DNA of 64,000 bases from Eledone cirrhosa (GCA_964016885.1 OZ024744.1:107570001-107634000); one strand, 5' to 3'. Shown: positions 15,151 through 26,597, numbered from the stretch's first letter. Numbers and translations are program-made. Notes: generated by a model from the sequence alone, not told the origin.

Positions 15151-15529
15151 ATCTAAGGCGGGTAAAATTCCCGAGATCCATGGACGAGTTCTCTCCAGCG
15201 GTCTCTGTCCCTCATTATCGCTGTCATGTCCTGCGTCTCCAACAGACCAGTGTCTGAGACTTGGACACTGACCAAGAAACTCACTCAGATGGTGGATGGG
15301 TGCTACACGAGAATGTTGAGGATGGCTCTGAACATTAATCAGTATACACTGAGGATGAAAAACTCAGAGCTGTATGGGAGCATCCCAAAAGTCAGCTCAA
15401 AAGTGACACAGAGGAGACTGAGGTTAGCTGGACATGCTCACCGACATCCAGAGTTGACATTGCACTCAGTGCTCCTTTGGGAGCCCCTACATGGACACAC
15501 TAGAAGAGGAACACCAAGGTTAACGTATG

Positions 15530-15532
<3 letters not shown>
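15150..15532 (-). mobile_element. 5'-truncated RTE-like LINE 3' end with a 5' inversion
   Basis: 15153-15254 (-) encodes DTGLLETQDMTAIMRDRDRWRELV..* followed by an (AT)n tail. 15251-15532 (+) encodes the immediately upstream segment SETWTLTKK..DGCYTRMLRMALNI..RRLRLAGH..LLWEP.HG..RRGTPRLTYV. Confidence 0.8.
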
Positions 15533-15564
<32 letters not shown>

Positions 15565-15616
15565 TATTAGGATTGGTGCGCTCTGAAATACCGATATATA
15601 CATGAATGTATGTATA

Positions 15617-15618
15617 GT

Positions 15619-15653
<35 letters not shown>

Positions 15654-15896
15654 TTTACGTCCGCTTTTCCCTGCTTGCAAGGGTGGGACGGGTCTTATTC
15701 AGCACAGCATCTCTCCACTTGTCATGGTCCTTCGTCATCTCCACCGTGAGCTTCAGCAATCTGAGGTCTGTTCTCACCACCTCCGCCCATGTTTTTCGTG
15801 GTCTACCTCTACCACGTCTTCCTTCAATTGGCAATTCCTGGCATTTCTTTACCCATCGGTCATCCTCCATGCACATCACATGTCCATACCACCTCA
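15617..15896 (-). mobile_element. RTE LINE 3' fragment with (GAT)n tail
   Basis: LRWYGHV..MEDDRWVKKC..GRRGRGRPRKTW..D..KWR, the RTE C-terminus. (CAT)n at 15618-15652 is the tail on the minus strand. Confidence 0.9.
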
Positions 15897-16084
15897 GTAT
15901 ATTTGGCAATATACCGTATGTTTAATTAAAAACATTTAGAAGACCATACACTATCAATTTTAAAGTAGTGACTATGTCACTTACTTCTTTTCGGCGAATC
16001 CAGCTTCTATAATTTTCGGCGGAAGCAGAGGAGTGCGTGGCTCTGATGAACACCAATCAGCATGAAACAGACTGTTAGCTTCTT

Positions 16085-16515
16085 AGTGAGACATGGGCGG
16101 CAACTGCAGAGGATATGCAACGGCTGGAGAGAAATGAAGCAAGTATGCTCCGTTGGATCTGCAATGTCAATGTGCGTGAACGACCAAGCATGGACGAGTT
16201 GAGGAAGAAACTGGGTATAAGAGGGATAAGTTGTGGTGTGTAGGAGAGAAGGCTGAGATGGTATGAACATGTGATGCACATGGAGGATGACCGATGGATG
16301 AAGAAGTGCCAAGAAATCCCAGTAGAAGGAAGACGCAGAAGAGGTAGACCACGAAAAAAACATGGGTGGAGGTGGTGAGAGCAGACCTCAGATCGCTGAG
16401 ACTTGCCGAGGAGATGACGAAGGACCGTGACAAGTGGAGAGATGCTGTTCTGAATAAGACCCGTCCCACCCTTGCAAGCAGGGAAAAGCAGACGTAAAAT
16501 GATGATGATGATGAT
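16085..16515 (+). mobile_element. RTE LINE 3' fragment with (GAT)n tail; same family as 15617-15896, opposite orientation
   Basis: SETWA..RLERNEASMLRWICNV..ERRLRWY.HV..GRPRKTW, ending AGACGTAAAAT(GAT)n. Near reverse complement of 15650-15896. Confidence 0.9.
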
Positions 16516-16624
16516 ATATATATAATAGAACACTATCCGTAGTAGTAGAACACTCAGTCCAAAGGACGAGTTTGCTAGTAGTTCCACAACAGTTAGTTCA
16601 CCACCGTCAATGATTTAGACAGGG

Positions 16625-18000
16625 AGATCATTGCCAGAAAACCCTCCTCTTCAATAATGGAGTAGCCTGGACAAAGAAGTCAACTACTTCAGAACTATTC
16701 AACGTCTCAATGGGATCATTCAATAGTGCTGATGTATGCGACTTGGTTGGATTATTTATTTTAGATACGTTACGTACTAGATTCCCAGACTTCCACACGG
16801 GCTTATACTGAGACAATGGTCTGACCCTATCGAGCCACAAAAGTGGTCACGACCTGGACTGGTTTAAAAAGATTTAATTACTACTTTTAAGATAACGATA
16901 GCTACCAACCTTACTAGTGTAGATTACTTAGACATAAATTTTGATCTTCGCACACATACCTTTAGACCCTCCCATAAACTAAATGAAAAACTCAATTACA
17001 TACACAAGAACTCATGTTACCCTCCTACAGTTTTTAGAAACTTCGTGAAAAATATTGGCACTAGAATCTCTAATCTCTCCTCTAATAAAGCAATCTTTGA
17101 CAGAGCGGCCCCCTACTACAACGTGGCGTTAGCTAACAGTGGCTTCTCGCAACCAATTACTTATTCCCCTGCTAACGGCAACAACAATAAGAAAATAATT
17201 TGTCCCCCCCCCCCTTCTACTAAATGTTAAAACTATTGTAGGTAAAAGATTTTTAACTCTCTTAGATAGACTTCCCTATAGGTCACAAATACTGCTCCAT
17301 CTTTAACAGGCACAGGTTGAAACTAGGATATTTCTGTGCTAAGAATATGAAGGCCCACATCACCAACAGCCCTAAAAGCAGGACCCCACCAGGATGCTTT
17401 TACTGAAAGCTTGTCTCCTTCAACAAGAATGTAACACATCCACTGTAATTTAGGAAGCTCTGGTCACTTCTAACCGACCAAATCAACAACAAGAGGTCAA
17501 ATCCTATGTAGATATGGTGGAGGGCCAGTTTAAAGAACACTTCCTGAATCATCTGTCGACATTTAGACACCCGGAGAAATGATCATCCACGAAGTTCGCA
17601 GGCCACATATGGTCCCTCAAGGACTCAGGCATGGATTACTCTATTCAATGGAAAGTTATGAGATTTAAGCCATACGGAAATGGGCTGTGCATTGTGAGCT
17701 GTGCATTGAAGAAAGAATCAATATCCTGATGAGTTGGTGTAATAGACCTTGTCTAAATTAAAGGAATGAATTGTCCACTCGTTTGAATACACCTATTACA
17801 TAATTTCAAAGCTACAGACTGACTAACGTAAACAATCTATTATATTCTGGACTGGATAACATGAATAATCTATTATTATTCTGAGTTTCCACAGTTGTCT
17901 CCCTGCACCCATCTAACGTGGGTTAGCCGAATACTCTAACCACCAAGTTTCACAAGTTGTCATCACATAAACTTTTATTCCGTATGTTTTGTTGATTTTC
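16625..18000 (+). mobile_element. Decayed, 5'-truncated Penelope-like element (RT C-half plus C-terminal GIY-YIG)
   Basis: LLFNNGVAWTKK..FNVSMGSFNSADVCDLVGLFIL..GLY*DNGL (GLYRDDGL-like), VDYLDINFDL, RISNLSSN..F, then EGQFKEHFLNHLSTF..ST.FAGHIWSLKDSG..YSIQWK..CELCIEE. Many stops and frameshifts. Confidence 0.85.
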
Positions 18001-18276
18001 ACTTGTTTGAATAACATTCATTGTTAAAATTGTTTCAAACTATGAATAAGGCACCACACATTTCGCAGAAAACAGCGGCAAAATAACGTCATCACCACCA
18101 CTACAGAAACAACTAGCAAGGCCGCCACTGTCAACAGCAGTACAAAAATGAAAAAAGCAGTTAGCCAAGCAACAAGTTAGTTAAACAGTGAGTTGATCAG
18201 CAAGCCATCCAACCTGTCAAGCAATCAATACCCACAAAAAAAAAAAAAAAATCGCGCTACCCACAAACATAAAATT

Positions 18277-18460
18277 AATTGTTTCTACTTTAGGCACAAG
18301 GCCAGCAATTACCCAGTACATTACTGGTACTTTATTTTATCGACACCGTAAGGATGAAAGGCAAAGTTAACCTCGGCGGGATTTGAACTCAGTCCATAAA
18401 GGGACGTAACTATGCTAGAAAGCATGGCGTCCAACCCTCTACCGATACTGCCAATTCACC
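18277..18460 (-). mobile_element. tRNA-derived SINE (octopus-type)
   Basis: A-box (TGGCAGTATCGG) and B-box (GAGTTCAAATCC) on the minus strand. Homologous to five other copies in the window. Flanked by ACATAAAA(A/T)TAAT repeats. Confidence 0.88.
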
Positions 18461-18471
18461 GACATAAAAAT

Positions 18472-18683
18472 AATGATTTCTAGTATAGGCACAAGGCCAG
18501 TAATTTGGAAGGAGGGGAAAATCGATTAAATCGACCCCAGTATGTTACTGGTGCTTTATTTTATCGAGCCCGTAAGGATGAAAGGCAAAGTTAACCTCGG
18601 CGGGATTTGAACTCAGACCGTAAAGGGCCGTAACTCTATGCTGAAAAGCACTAACTCTACCGATACTGCCAATCCCCCACCCT
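18472..18683 (-). mobile_element. tRNA-derived SINE, second tandem copy (variant with an extra internal segment)
   Basis: Same A/B boxes and core. Extra GGAAGGAGGGGAAAATCGATTAAATCG segment. ACATAAAAATAAT target-site-like repeat on both sides. Confidence 0.88.
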
Positions 18684-18898
18684 CACAAACATAAAAATAA
18701 TAAAAATCACACAAAATAGATACACTGTTTTGAAAATAATTCCTCAATACAATTGGAGACTTCCGAGGGACGATCTCAAAATATATACACATATTAATGT
18801 GGAGGTGCCCACAACTGGCCAGAGTGACGGATCTCCCATCCTTCTGCTACACGATTTAGGTAAGTGGTCCTTCTCACTTTTCCCCCTCTTCATCAAAC

Positions 18899-19420
18899 AT
18901 GGGCTCACTAAGAATAGGCAGTGTAAATGCACGTGGCCTGGAGTTGTCTTGGAAACAGGGCCACCTGCTCAATGACCACAGGTCACTGAATATAAATGTG
19001 GTGGCTGTCAGCGAAACCAGAATTGTCTGAGACACAAACCTTCTCACCCACCCATTTTCAATAGCTACGAAGTGTTCCGGATCTGGAGGCGGAATCGCTG
19101 TGTTGTTTCGGAAAAGCTTGGGTCTCACAAAGTGGACCAGCCTTCTGGACCCAGAAGGTAAGTTGGTACTGGACGTGATCAGCAGTGAAGGGGGTGCGTT
19201 ACGGCTAATGGCTGTCTATGCCTCGACAGGGTCAGAACAGCCTGATTTCATCAAGTGCCTCGAGACCTTTCTAGGAACGTCCCGCTCTTTAGTGGGTGAC
19301 TGGAACAGGATCTTGGATGCACACTGGGATTGTGTGGGATGAGCGGATAGGAGAGGAGGGTGTAAAAGCCCCACAAACCTGTTCAGACGTTTTCAACTGT
19401 CTGACTGCACTGAAGCGCCT
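18899..19420 (+). mobile_element. Degenerate L1/Tx1-like LINE ORF2 endonuclease N-terminus; ORF1 remnant possibly upstream
   Basis: MGSLRIGSVNARGL..LLNDHRSLNINVVAVSETRI..GGIAVLFRKSL..DPEGKLVLDV..RLMAVYA..VGDWNRILD, motifs typical of Tx1/L1 APE domains. Confidence 0.75.
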
Positions 19421-19601
19421 ACTCTTTTGTTTCTTGGAGAAGGGACATGTTCTAATGGTCAAGTGGTCCATCTGCTGTTAACACCCATTGCGTGGAGAAC
19501 TGGGAATGTTGTGGATGATGGTGCGCAAACATGAGCAGAGGCTCAGCGTCTCCATCTTTTCCTTAATGTTAAATAGATGTGGCCACCATTCACTAAACAT
19601 A

Positions 19602-19954
19602 TGTAGCAGGAGTTGCCTGCCTTGTTGTGACACTCACATCACCAATAGAGTAACGCTCTCTAGACAGGAAGTAGCTGGAGTTGCTTCCCGTTGGGGTGAT
19701 AGAACCCTTTTTATCACTTCCGGCAGAACCCTATAAAACGAAAAACTTTCAGCTCCCTTTCCCTCATTTGCCTTTTCGGCTCCTGGCCTTCAGCCTGGCA
19801 ACCAAAACGGTAACTAATAACTTTGCTTCATTCTTTCATCTATTCATTGACATGCCAACTACACTGTTCTATATATCCACAAATTGTTAATTAAATATTA
19901 TACACGCAAACCACGTCTCCTTGTTATACTTATACAACCCAGTATTTTGTTATA
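19602..19954 (+). mobile_element. Solo LTR (family A), TSD CATA
   Basis: Starts TGTAGCA and ends TGTTATA. CATA at 19598-19601 and 19955-19958. Internal TATAAAA. Homologous to the copies at 20800, 24195 and 25103. Confidence 0.85.
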
Positions 19955-20176
19955 CATACGTTTCTTCAGCTCGTCTGTTTGGGAGCTACAGCCCTGGGTC
20001 AAGCGAAGACGGAGGGGGAGTGTTTGGAAACTGGAATGTCTTCAGGCGCTTCTAGCTCTCCGCCAACGGCGCAATATCATTGGTGCAATCTTGGCTTTCT
20101 GGACTCCAGTCCAGAAATAGCCGTCGAAACGGCTTGAGCTCTGCCGTCAGGGTCATACTTTTTCCATTACCCACTC

Positions 20177-20246
20177 TACTACCCTAAGTATTGAGTACTC
20201 TGGTGCGTTATGGTCCATCTGGTTCCTTACCACAATTCCTTCGTTA
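20177..20246. repeat. ~70-bp dispersed repeat end abutting (TA)n; second copy at 38223-38290
   Basis: ACTACCCTAAGTATTGAGTACT(C/T)TGGTGCGTTATGGTCCA..CCTTCGTTATATA is present at both loci. Confidence 0.75.
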
Positions 20247-20280
20247 TATATATATATATAGCGATTATTTGTTGGTAGTT

Positions 20281-20458
20281 GGATTGGCAGTATCGGTGGA
20301 GGGTCGGACGCCGTGCTTTCCAGCATAGTTACGTCCCTTTACGATCTGAGTTCAAATCCCGCCGAGGTTGACTTTGTCTTTCATCCTTACGGGGTCGATA
20401 AAATAAAGTACCGGTAATGCACTGGGTAATTGCTGGCCTTGTGCCTAAAGTAGAAACA
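20281..20458 (+). mobile_element. Full-length tRNA-derived SINE with ~17-bp TSD
   Basis: A-box TGGCAGTATCGG and B-box GAGTTCAAATCC. ATTATTTGTTGGTAGTTG is duplicated at 20264 and 20459. Confidence 0.92.
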
Positions 20459-20799
20459 ATTATTTGTTGGTAGTTGATTGTGTTGTGGTGTTGATTCGTT
20501 GTGTGCACTCTATTGTAACTTGTTGTGTGGTGTGGTCACTGTTGTGTGATACAGTGTGACCAGAGGTTGTATATGTGCAGTAAGTGTTCAATAAGATGAT
20601 GATGATATGATAGTTCCTTGATCACGCAGAAAATGAATATATATAAATGAACCATGATGACACCAAACCGATATATTATTAATTTATTGAAAATAGCTTA
20701 CGCCGAAGCTATACGAAAAATAGACAATAATTATGTACATGATTTGTTTGTTTGTAAAAGTAGAATTAGATTGTATTTGCCAAGAAAACTTCATGAACT

Positions 20800-21135
20800 T
20801 GTAGCAGGAGTTGCCTCCCTTGTTGTGACTCTCACATCACCAATAGATTAACGCTCTCTAGATAGGAAGTAGAACCCTTTCTGTAACTTCCGGTCAGACC
20901 CTATAAAGGTCCCTATCTCTCATTTGCCTTTTCGGCTCCTGGCCTTCGGCCAGGCGTCTTCGCCCAGGCGCGTTCGCCTGGCAACCAAACGGTAACTAAT
21001 AACTTTGTTTCATTCTCTCATCTATTCATTGACATGTCAACTATACTGTTCTATATATCCACAAATTGTTAATTAAATATTATACACACGAACCACGTCT
21101 CTTGTTATACTTATACAACCCAGTAAAATGTTATA
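20800..21135 (+). mobile_element. Solo LTR (family A), TSD AACT
   Basis: TGTAGCA...TGTTATA termini. AACT at 20796-20799 and 21136-21139. Confidence 0.85.
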
Positions 21136-21570
21136 AACTTCACTGGCTTGGTTAAGAAAGAGACCAAGAGATTGAGAGAGAGAGTAACAGTCTGTAGACC
21201 CCCAAGGGGTCTGTAGAAAACAAATGTTTTGCATCGTTACTCTATCAGGAAATGTTCCGAACTGTCCATTTTGCTTAGTATAAGACAAGCTATTTATATC
21301 TGTCGCTTCCTCTGTCCCCTGCCTGGAGAACCAGAGGGACGACCTCGATAGATCGCCCACACACAGACTTGTTTACGCCAAAAAGTGACCGTTAAATGTC
21401 ACCCAGGGGTGAAGGTGTGGACAGATTTCGCTACATATATACACGTGTTCGTCTGTGAATTTTTATGCACATTTATAAGTACATGGTGTACACGTTAGTG
21501 TATTTGGGTGAGTTTATGTGGGTACTAGTCTGTGAATGTGTTATGTGTGTGTGTGTGTGTGTGTCCATAA

Positions 21571-21756
21571 TATTGTTTCTACGTTTGGCACAAGGTCAGC
21601 AAATTACCCAGTACATTACTGGTACTTTATTTTATCGACCCCGTAAGGATGAAAGGCAAAGTTAACCGCGGCGGGATTTGAACTCAGAATGGCAAGGGCC
21701 GTAGCTCTATGCGTCAAAGCATGGCGTCCGACTCTTTACCGATACTGCCAATCCAA
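21571..21756 (-). mobile_element. tRNA-derived SINE with TSD
   Basis: Same family as above. TCCATAATATTGT is duplicated at 21564 and 21757. Confidence 0.9.
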
Positions 21757-22158
21757 TCCATAATATTGTATGGCTGTCTAAATCAGTGTCTTAGGGGTCA
21801 CAGCAGCATGAGAGGTCAAAGCTGGGCTAGTTCAGGAAGTGAGAGGAATGGTGTGGCGCACAAAGAACAAAAGTGGTGTGAGGTGAAGATGTAGTGAGGG
21901 GATGGGTAGTGATTTAAGGTCATTGGAATGGCGAGCTGTTGTTACAGTAATGGTGGCCGTATGTAAGTACTGGTTATACATACACACCCAAAGACAGTTA
22001 AATTCTTATCTTACTAATTAAATAATTAATTTTAGTAAATGCCTCAAAATTCTTCATTAATTAATTGAAACTGAAGTGTATTTCATCAGAAATACAGCAA
22101 CGAAACCTGATACACTCATGGGGTTTCTATTAAACTGCAGTAAAATAATTTAGATAGA

Positions 22159-22195
<37 letters not shown>

Positions 22196-22196
<1 letters not shown>

Positions 22197-23595
22197 TAGC
22201 ATTAAAGCCCGCCGTTGCTTGGGGTAAGTAAGTTACCAAAGTTAGGTTGCACCACCCATTTTATGGCAGCACTTTTTTATCTGCCAGGCACTGGCTGAAT
22301 GAATTGCAGACCTGGATTGCCGAAGCAGGAGCTGCGCCAGCAGTGACAATTGTAGTTTCGCCTATGGATATTATCTCTGTGCAAAGAAGTATTGAAATTT
22401 ATTGTTTCACAGTACTTGCGCAACACGTGCGTAGACGATGCCAGCCGAACAACAGAGCTGCGATGGAGTTGTTCTGCATGGTTGTCTAATGTGTGTTTTC
22501 TAAATTTAAGACAGTAGGGAGGGGTGTGATATGGGGGAGAGTTAGCTGCTGTTTCTAGCAGGTTTAGTGACCTAATAGAGGATATTATTGTGTATAGTAA
22601 ATGAACTCATACTTCTTTCTTCCACGTTCGTTGATAGATGTTTTAAAAAAGATTTATCGCTATTTTTTTTGTTGTTGAATAAATTTATCTGTTGCTTTTG
22701 AATATGGGGGAGAGTTAGCTGCTGTTTCTAGCAGGTTTAGTGACCTCATAGAGGATATTATTCTGTATAGTAAATGAACTCATACTTCTTTCTTCCACGT
22801 TCGTTGATAGATGTTTTAAAAAAGATTTATCGCTATTTTTTTTGTTGTTGAATAAATTTATCTGTTGCTTTTGAATATGGGGGAGAGTTAGCTGCTGTTT
22901 CTAGCAGGTTTAGTGACCTCATAGAGGATATTATTCTGTATAGTAAATGAACTCATACTTCTTTCTTCCACGTTCGTTGATAGATGTTTTAAAAAAGATT
23001 TATCGCTATTTTTTTTGTTGTTGAATAAATTTATCTGTTGCTTTTGAATATGGGGGAGAGTTAGCTGCTGTTTCTAGCAGGTTTAGTGACCTAATAGAGG
23101 ATATTATTCTGTATAGTAAATGAACTCATACTTCTTTCTTCCACGTTCGTTGATAGATGTTTTAAAAAAGATTTATCGCTATTTTTTTTGTTGTTGAATA
23201 AATTTATCTGTTGCTTTTGAATAATTGTTGTTTCGCATGAAATGTAATAAGTTCTCTTTGTCATTAAAGTAAATAAATGTTTGACCGTTCCACACTCAAA
23301 AACAAACGTTCTTTCTCTCCCTCTCACTCTCTCTCTCTCAAAGTTTAAGGGGAGTATAGAGAGGGTATCTGATTGTATTAGAGGGGTAAAGCGTCATGTA
23401 TTTAGTTTTATCGATTATTTCCGTAATTGTGGGTGAGTGTGAATGAAATAAATAGTCGGTGACGTAAGTTAGACCCTTTACAACATTCTTACAGAGGTTG
23501 AGTCGAATCGGTTTGAAATTGTGCAAATGTATAAACATGGAACATGCACACACACACACACACACACACAACAACAGCAATCTGCCTTTTATAGA
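22196..23595 (-). mobile_element. Non-autonomous Helitron-like element
   Basis: The minus strand starts A|TCTATAAAAGGC and ends in an imperfect GC hairpin followed by CTAG|T within (TA)n. Internal tandem repeats and microsatellites, typical of Helitrons. Confidence 0.7.
22529..23222. repeat. 173-bp tandem repeat x4 inside the Helitron
   Basis: ATGGGGGAGAGTTAGCTGCTG recurs at 22531, 22704, 22877 and 23050. Confidence 0.95.
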
Positions 23596-23597
23596 TA

Positions 23598-23670
23598 ATT
23601 GTTTCTACGTTAGGCACAAGGCCAGCAATTACCCAGTGTATTACTGGTACTTTATTTTATCGACCCCGTA
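23598..23670 (-). mobile_element. 5'-truncated SINE with ~21-bp TSD
   Basis: Only the 3' part of the SINE is present. AATCTGCCTTTTATAGATAAT is duplicated at 23579 and 23670. Confidence 0.85.
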
Positions 23671-24194
23671 ATCTGCCTTTTATAGATAATGATATATATA
23701 ATATATAATATAATGGTATATTGTTATACTTGGGGAGGGTCATATTTGTGTAATAATATTGCCAGAATTAATAACAGAACACAATCACTGTTTGTTTGGT
23801 TTTCGCTTCTGTGTCTTTTATATCGGTTAATTTAATTTATTCGGTCCTCAATGTTACCATTGACTGACCAACGGTAAAAAATACATTGCCTATGTAAAAA
23901 ATGATTTGCCTATCTGCTGGGTCATTTCTATGTTTAGATATTATTCTAATTTCTATGTTGTCTATGTTACCGTCGTGTTGTTGTCTGACATGTTCATATA
24001 GTACTGAACCGTTTTTTCGTCCTTTTAGTTCCCCCCAGTGTTGGTCTATCCTTTCACCTATGCTACGAACTGTCTCGCCTATGTATGTTGTTGTCATGTT
24101 TCTGCAAGTACCCTCTGTACATCTTATGCTATAGACTACGTTTCTAGTTTTACAGTTTATCCGGGGGTTTACTTTACATATGATACATTTCCTA

Positions 24195-24505
24195 TATAGC
24201 GAAGATACTGGGTTGTATGAATGTAATAAGGAGACATTGTTTGTGTGTATAATATTTAATCAAGTATTTAACAGTATAGTTGACATGTCAATGAATAAAC
24301 GAAAGAATGAAGCAAAGTTAGTAGTTACCGTTTTGATTGCCAGGCAAACGCAAGACGCCTGGCGAAGGCCAGGCGCCGGAAGGGCAAATGAGAGGGAAAG
24401 AGCCGAAGGCTATTCATTTTATAGGGCTCTGCCGGAAGTTACAGAAAGGGTTCTACTTCCCGTCTAGATGTTAATCTATTGGGGTTGTGAGTCACAACAA
24501 GGGAT
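24195..24505 (-). mobile_element. LTR family A copy, minus strand, 5' end truncated
   Basis: Begins TATAGCG (reverse complement of CGCTATA). Reverse-complement homology to 20800-21135 and 25103-25455. Confidence 0.8.
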
Positions 24506-24537
24506 TTTTATGTTTTAAAAATCTGGCGGGGGGATAA

Positions 24538-24972
24538 TGTAGTAAGAGTTGCCTCCCCTGCCACGACAATCTAATCACTGCTCTCTAGACAGGAAGTAGG
24601 TGGAGTTGCTTCCCTTTGGGATTGACCAGACTCCTTGGTGGTCACTTCCGGTCAACAGATATAAAAGGAGCGGTTTACCGCGAAATCTCTCTCTCGCCTC
24701 CTGATTCCTGAAGTGGTAACACCTTCGACCATAGCTTGTGATTCCTTCTGGACGACCCTTTCGTTGCCAAGCACAATGCAGTTTGCAGCCTGAGATGAGA
24801 CCGCCAAGATGTTTCTACCAACTTCAGAATTGTATTATTACCATCGGGTAACAAACCCTTATATTATATGCCTATTGACTTCTATGAAGTAAAAACTTTA
24901 TTACGCACACACACACCAGTATTTACTGTCTTTTATATTATGTTGCATGTACACCGATATTTATTTCCTAAA
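24538..24972 (+). mobile_element. Related LTR (family B) preceded by a purine-rich PPT-like tract
   Basis: GGCGGGGGATAA|TGTAGTAA start. The 5' part resembles family A (GCTCTCTAGACAGGAAGTAG..GGAGTTGCTTCCC). Ends TTCCTAAA. Confidence 0.6.
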
Positions 24973-25102
24973 CCTGTTAGTACAGTGGGTTTTCTTAAAA
25001 GGGTAGGTTTTCCTGATCAGGGACTTTATGGTGGTTCCTGGCTTTTCTACCACCTTAATCTTTAAGTGGGTCTTTCTCAGGGCCTTTCTACACTGGTTAG
25101 CT

Positions 25103-25455
25103 TGTAGCGGTTGTCTCCCTTGTTTGGATCTAGACGGGAAGTAGAACCCTTTCTGCAACTTCCGGTCAGAACCCTATAAAACTAACAACTTTAAGTTCTC
25201 ATTCTCTCATTGCCTTTTCGGCACCAGGTCAAGAGCCTCTCATTTGGCTCTGCCATTCATTTGGCCAACAGGCGCCTGGCGTCCTCTGCCAGCCGCGTTT
25301 GCCTGGCAATCAAAACGGTAACTACTAACTTTGCTTCATTCTATCATCCTCATCTTTGACATGTCAACTATACTATCTACCATTGTTAATTAAATATTAT
25401 ACACACAAACAATGTATTCCTTGTTACGTTCATACAACCCAGTATTCTCGCTATA
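25103..25455 (+). mobile_element. Solo LTR (family A), TSD AGCT, inserted in the PLE copy
   Basis: TGTAGCG...CGCTATA termini. AGCT at 25099-25102 and 25456-25459. Removing it restores the PLE sequence seen at ~29190-29220. Confidence 0.9.
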
Positions 25456-26597
25456 AGCTAATTTCCCTCCAGGAGTAGCGTCCACAAACATGACACTCTG
25501 GTATCTCTCGTTGTCGTACCATGAGGTGGCTTTCCCTATTTTATGTCTAGTCCTATCTAAGCTATTCCATGATTTGCTCCTGTATAATGGGAAAATTCCT
25601 TTCATGTCCAGTTCTATGAGGGTCTTATACTTCTCCGTGGTTCCTTCGTATACTCTGATTCTGTCTCTTTGGTTGTAGCCAGAGAACTGCATGCGGTTGA
25701 TGAAGTGTTGGATGTGTCTTTCCATTTCTGTTGGGTCGCACATGCTGGACACGTTCTTCATCACTCGTACCAAGTCTGCGATCAGAATATTAAACTTAGC
25801 ACTACTGGACATTGCTGAATTTTTGAGTATCAGGTATTTGGAGGCCATGGGTTTAGCATAGTGTGAGTGGAGAATTTGGGCTCTCTCGTCTATAGTGTTA
25901 ATCCAGAGTTCCGTGTCTAATACAGGTATTCTATAGTTAGGGTGTTTGGAAGGGTAGTCGATAGTTACAGTTATACTCTGGTGTATGGAATTAACTATTT
26001 GCTGGATGCTTTCCATTGTGCTACGTTCTAAACCAAACTTGTTAGTGCTCTCTTGTGGGGATGTCCTTATTACATATCAAAACAAGTAAATAATTTATTA
26101 TTGAACAAAAACACAAGCTGAACGACTAAAACACACAATAACAGTTAATATGAAAAGAACAACATACACAAAAGTTAACGAACTTTACAGACAGAAACGC
26201 ATTAACGGTAAGGAAGTCCGAAATCTCACCCCACCAAACGAGAGGGATAACTTCATGAGCGTCATTCGACGTGAAACGAAATACGCCCGAAACGAATGCA
26301 ATAGGCATTTCAATAAGAAATTAGAATGGATAAGAAAAAACTAGAAGAAAGAAAAATAGAATATTCACAAAAATACCCAGATAACATCAACAATATCCGT
26401 ATGACTGATGTAAAACTACCGGAAGAATTTACCAATGAGCACACAGTAAATATTTATGGGAACACTTTAATCAATGAACAAGAACAACAAATCCTGCAGC
26501 TACCATCGAGGTTTGCCATCTACAAAAAGATTAACTCTATTTAAAGTGGAAAACGGAGCTGGAAAAGTGTTTCACAAAAATACGTTGGAATGCAAAA

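Larger units (their letters stand above)
23717..26073 (-). mobile_element. Inverted partial copy (pseudo-LTR) of the adjacent Penelope-like element, interrupted by LTR insertions
   Basis: Reverse complement of ~28590-29622 plus ~30035-30203. ORFs 25390..26016 and 23837..24097 match the 28056..29675 protein almost residue for residue. Confidence 0.92.

Noticed and set aside
19420-20160. Possible minus-strand LINE C-terminal CCHC fragment (QMDHL..CP) split by the solo LTR
   Set aside because: Too degenerate to assign by eye.
20281-20458. tRNA gene
   Set aside because: A and B boxes are present, but they are followed by a conserved non-tRNA body and tail, with TSDs and six copies in the window: this is a SINE.
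22060-22110. CTGATGA hammerhead core on the minus strand
   Set aside because: No stem II or downstream GAAA at a suitable position.
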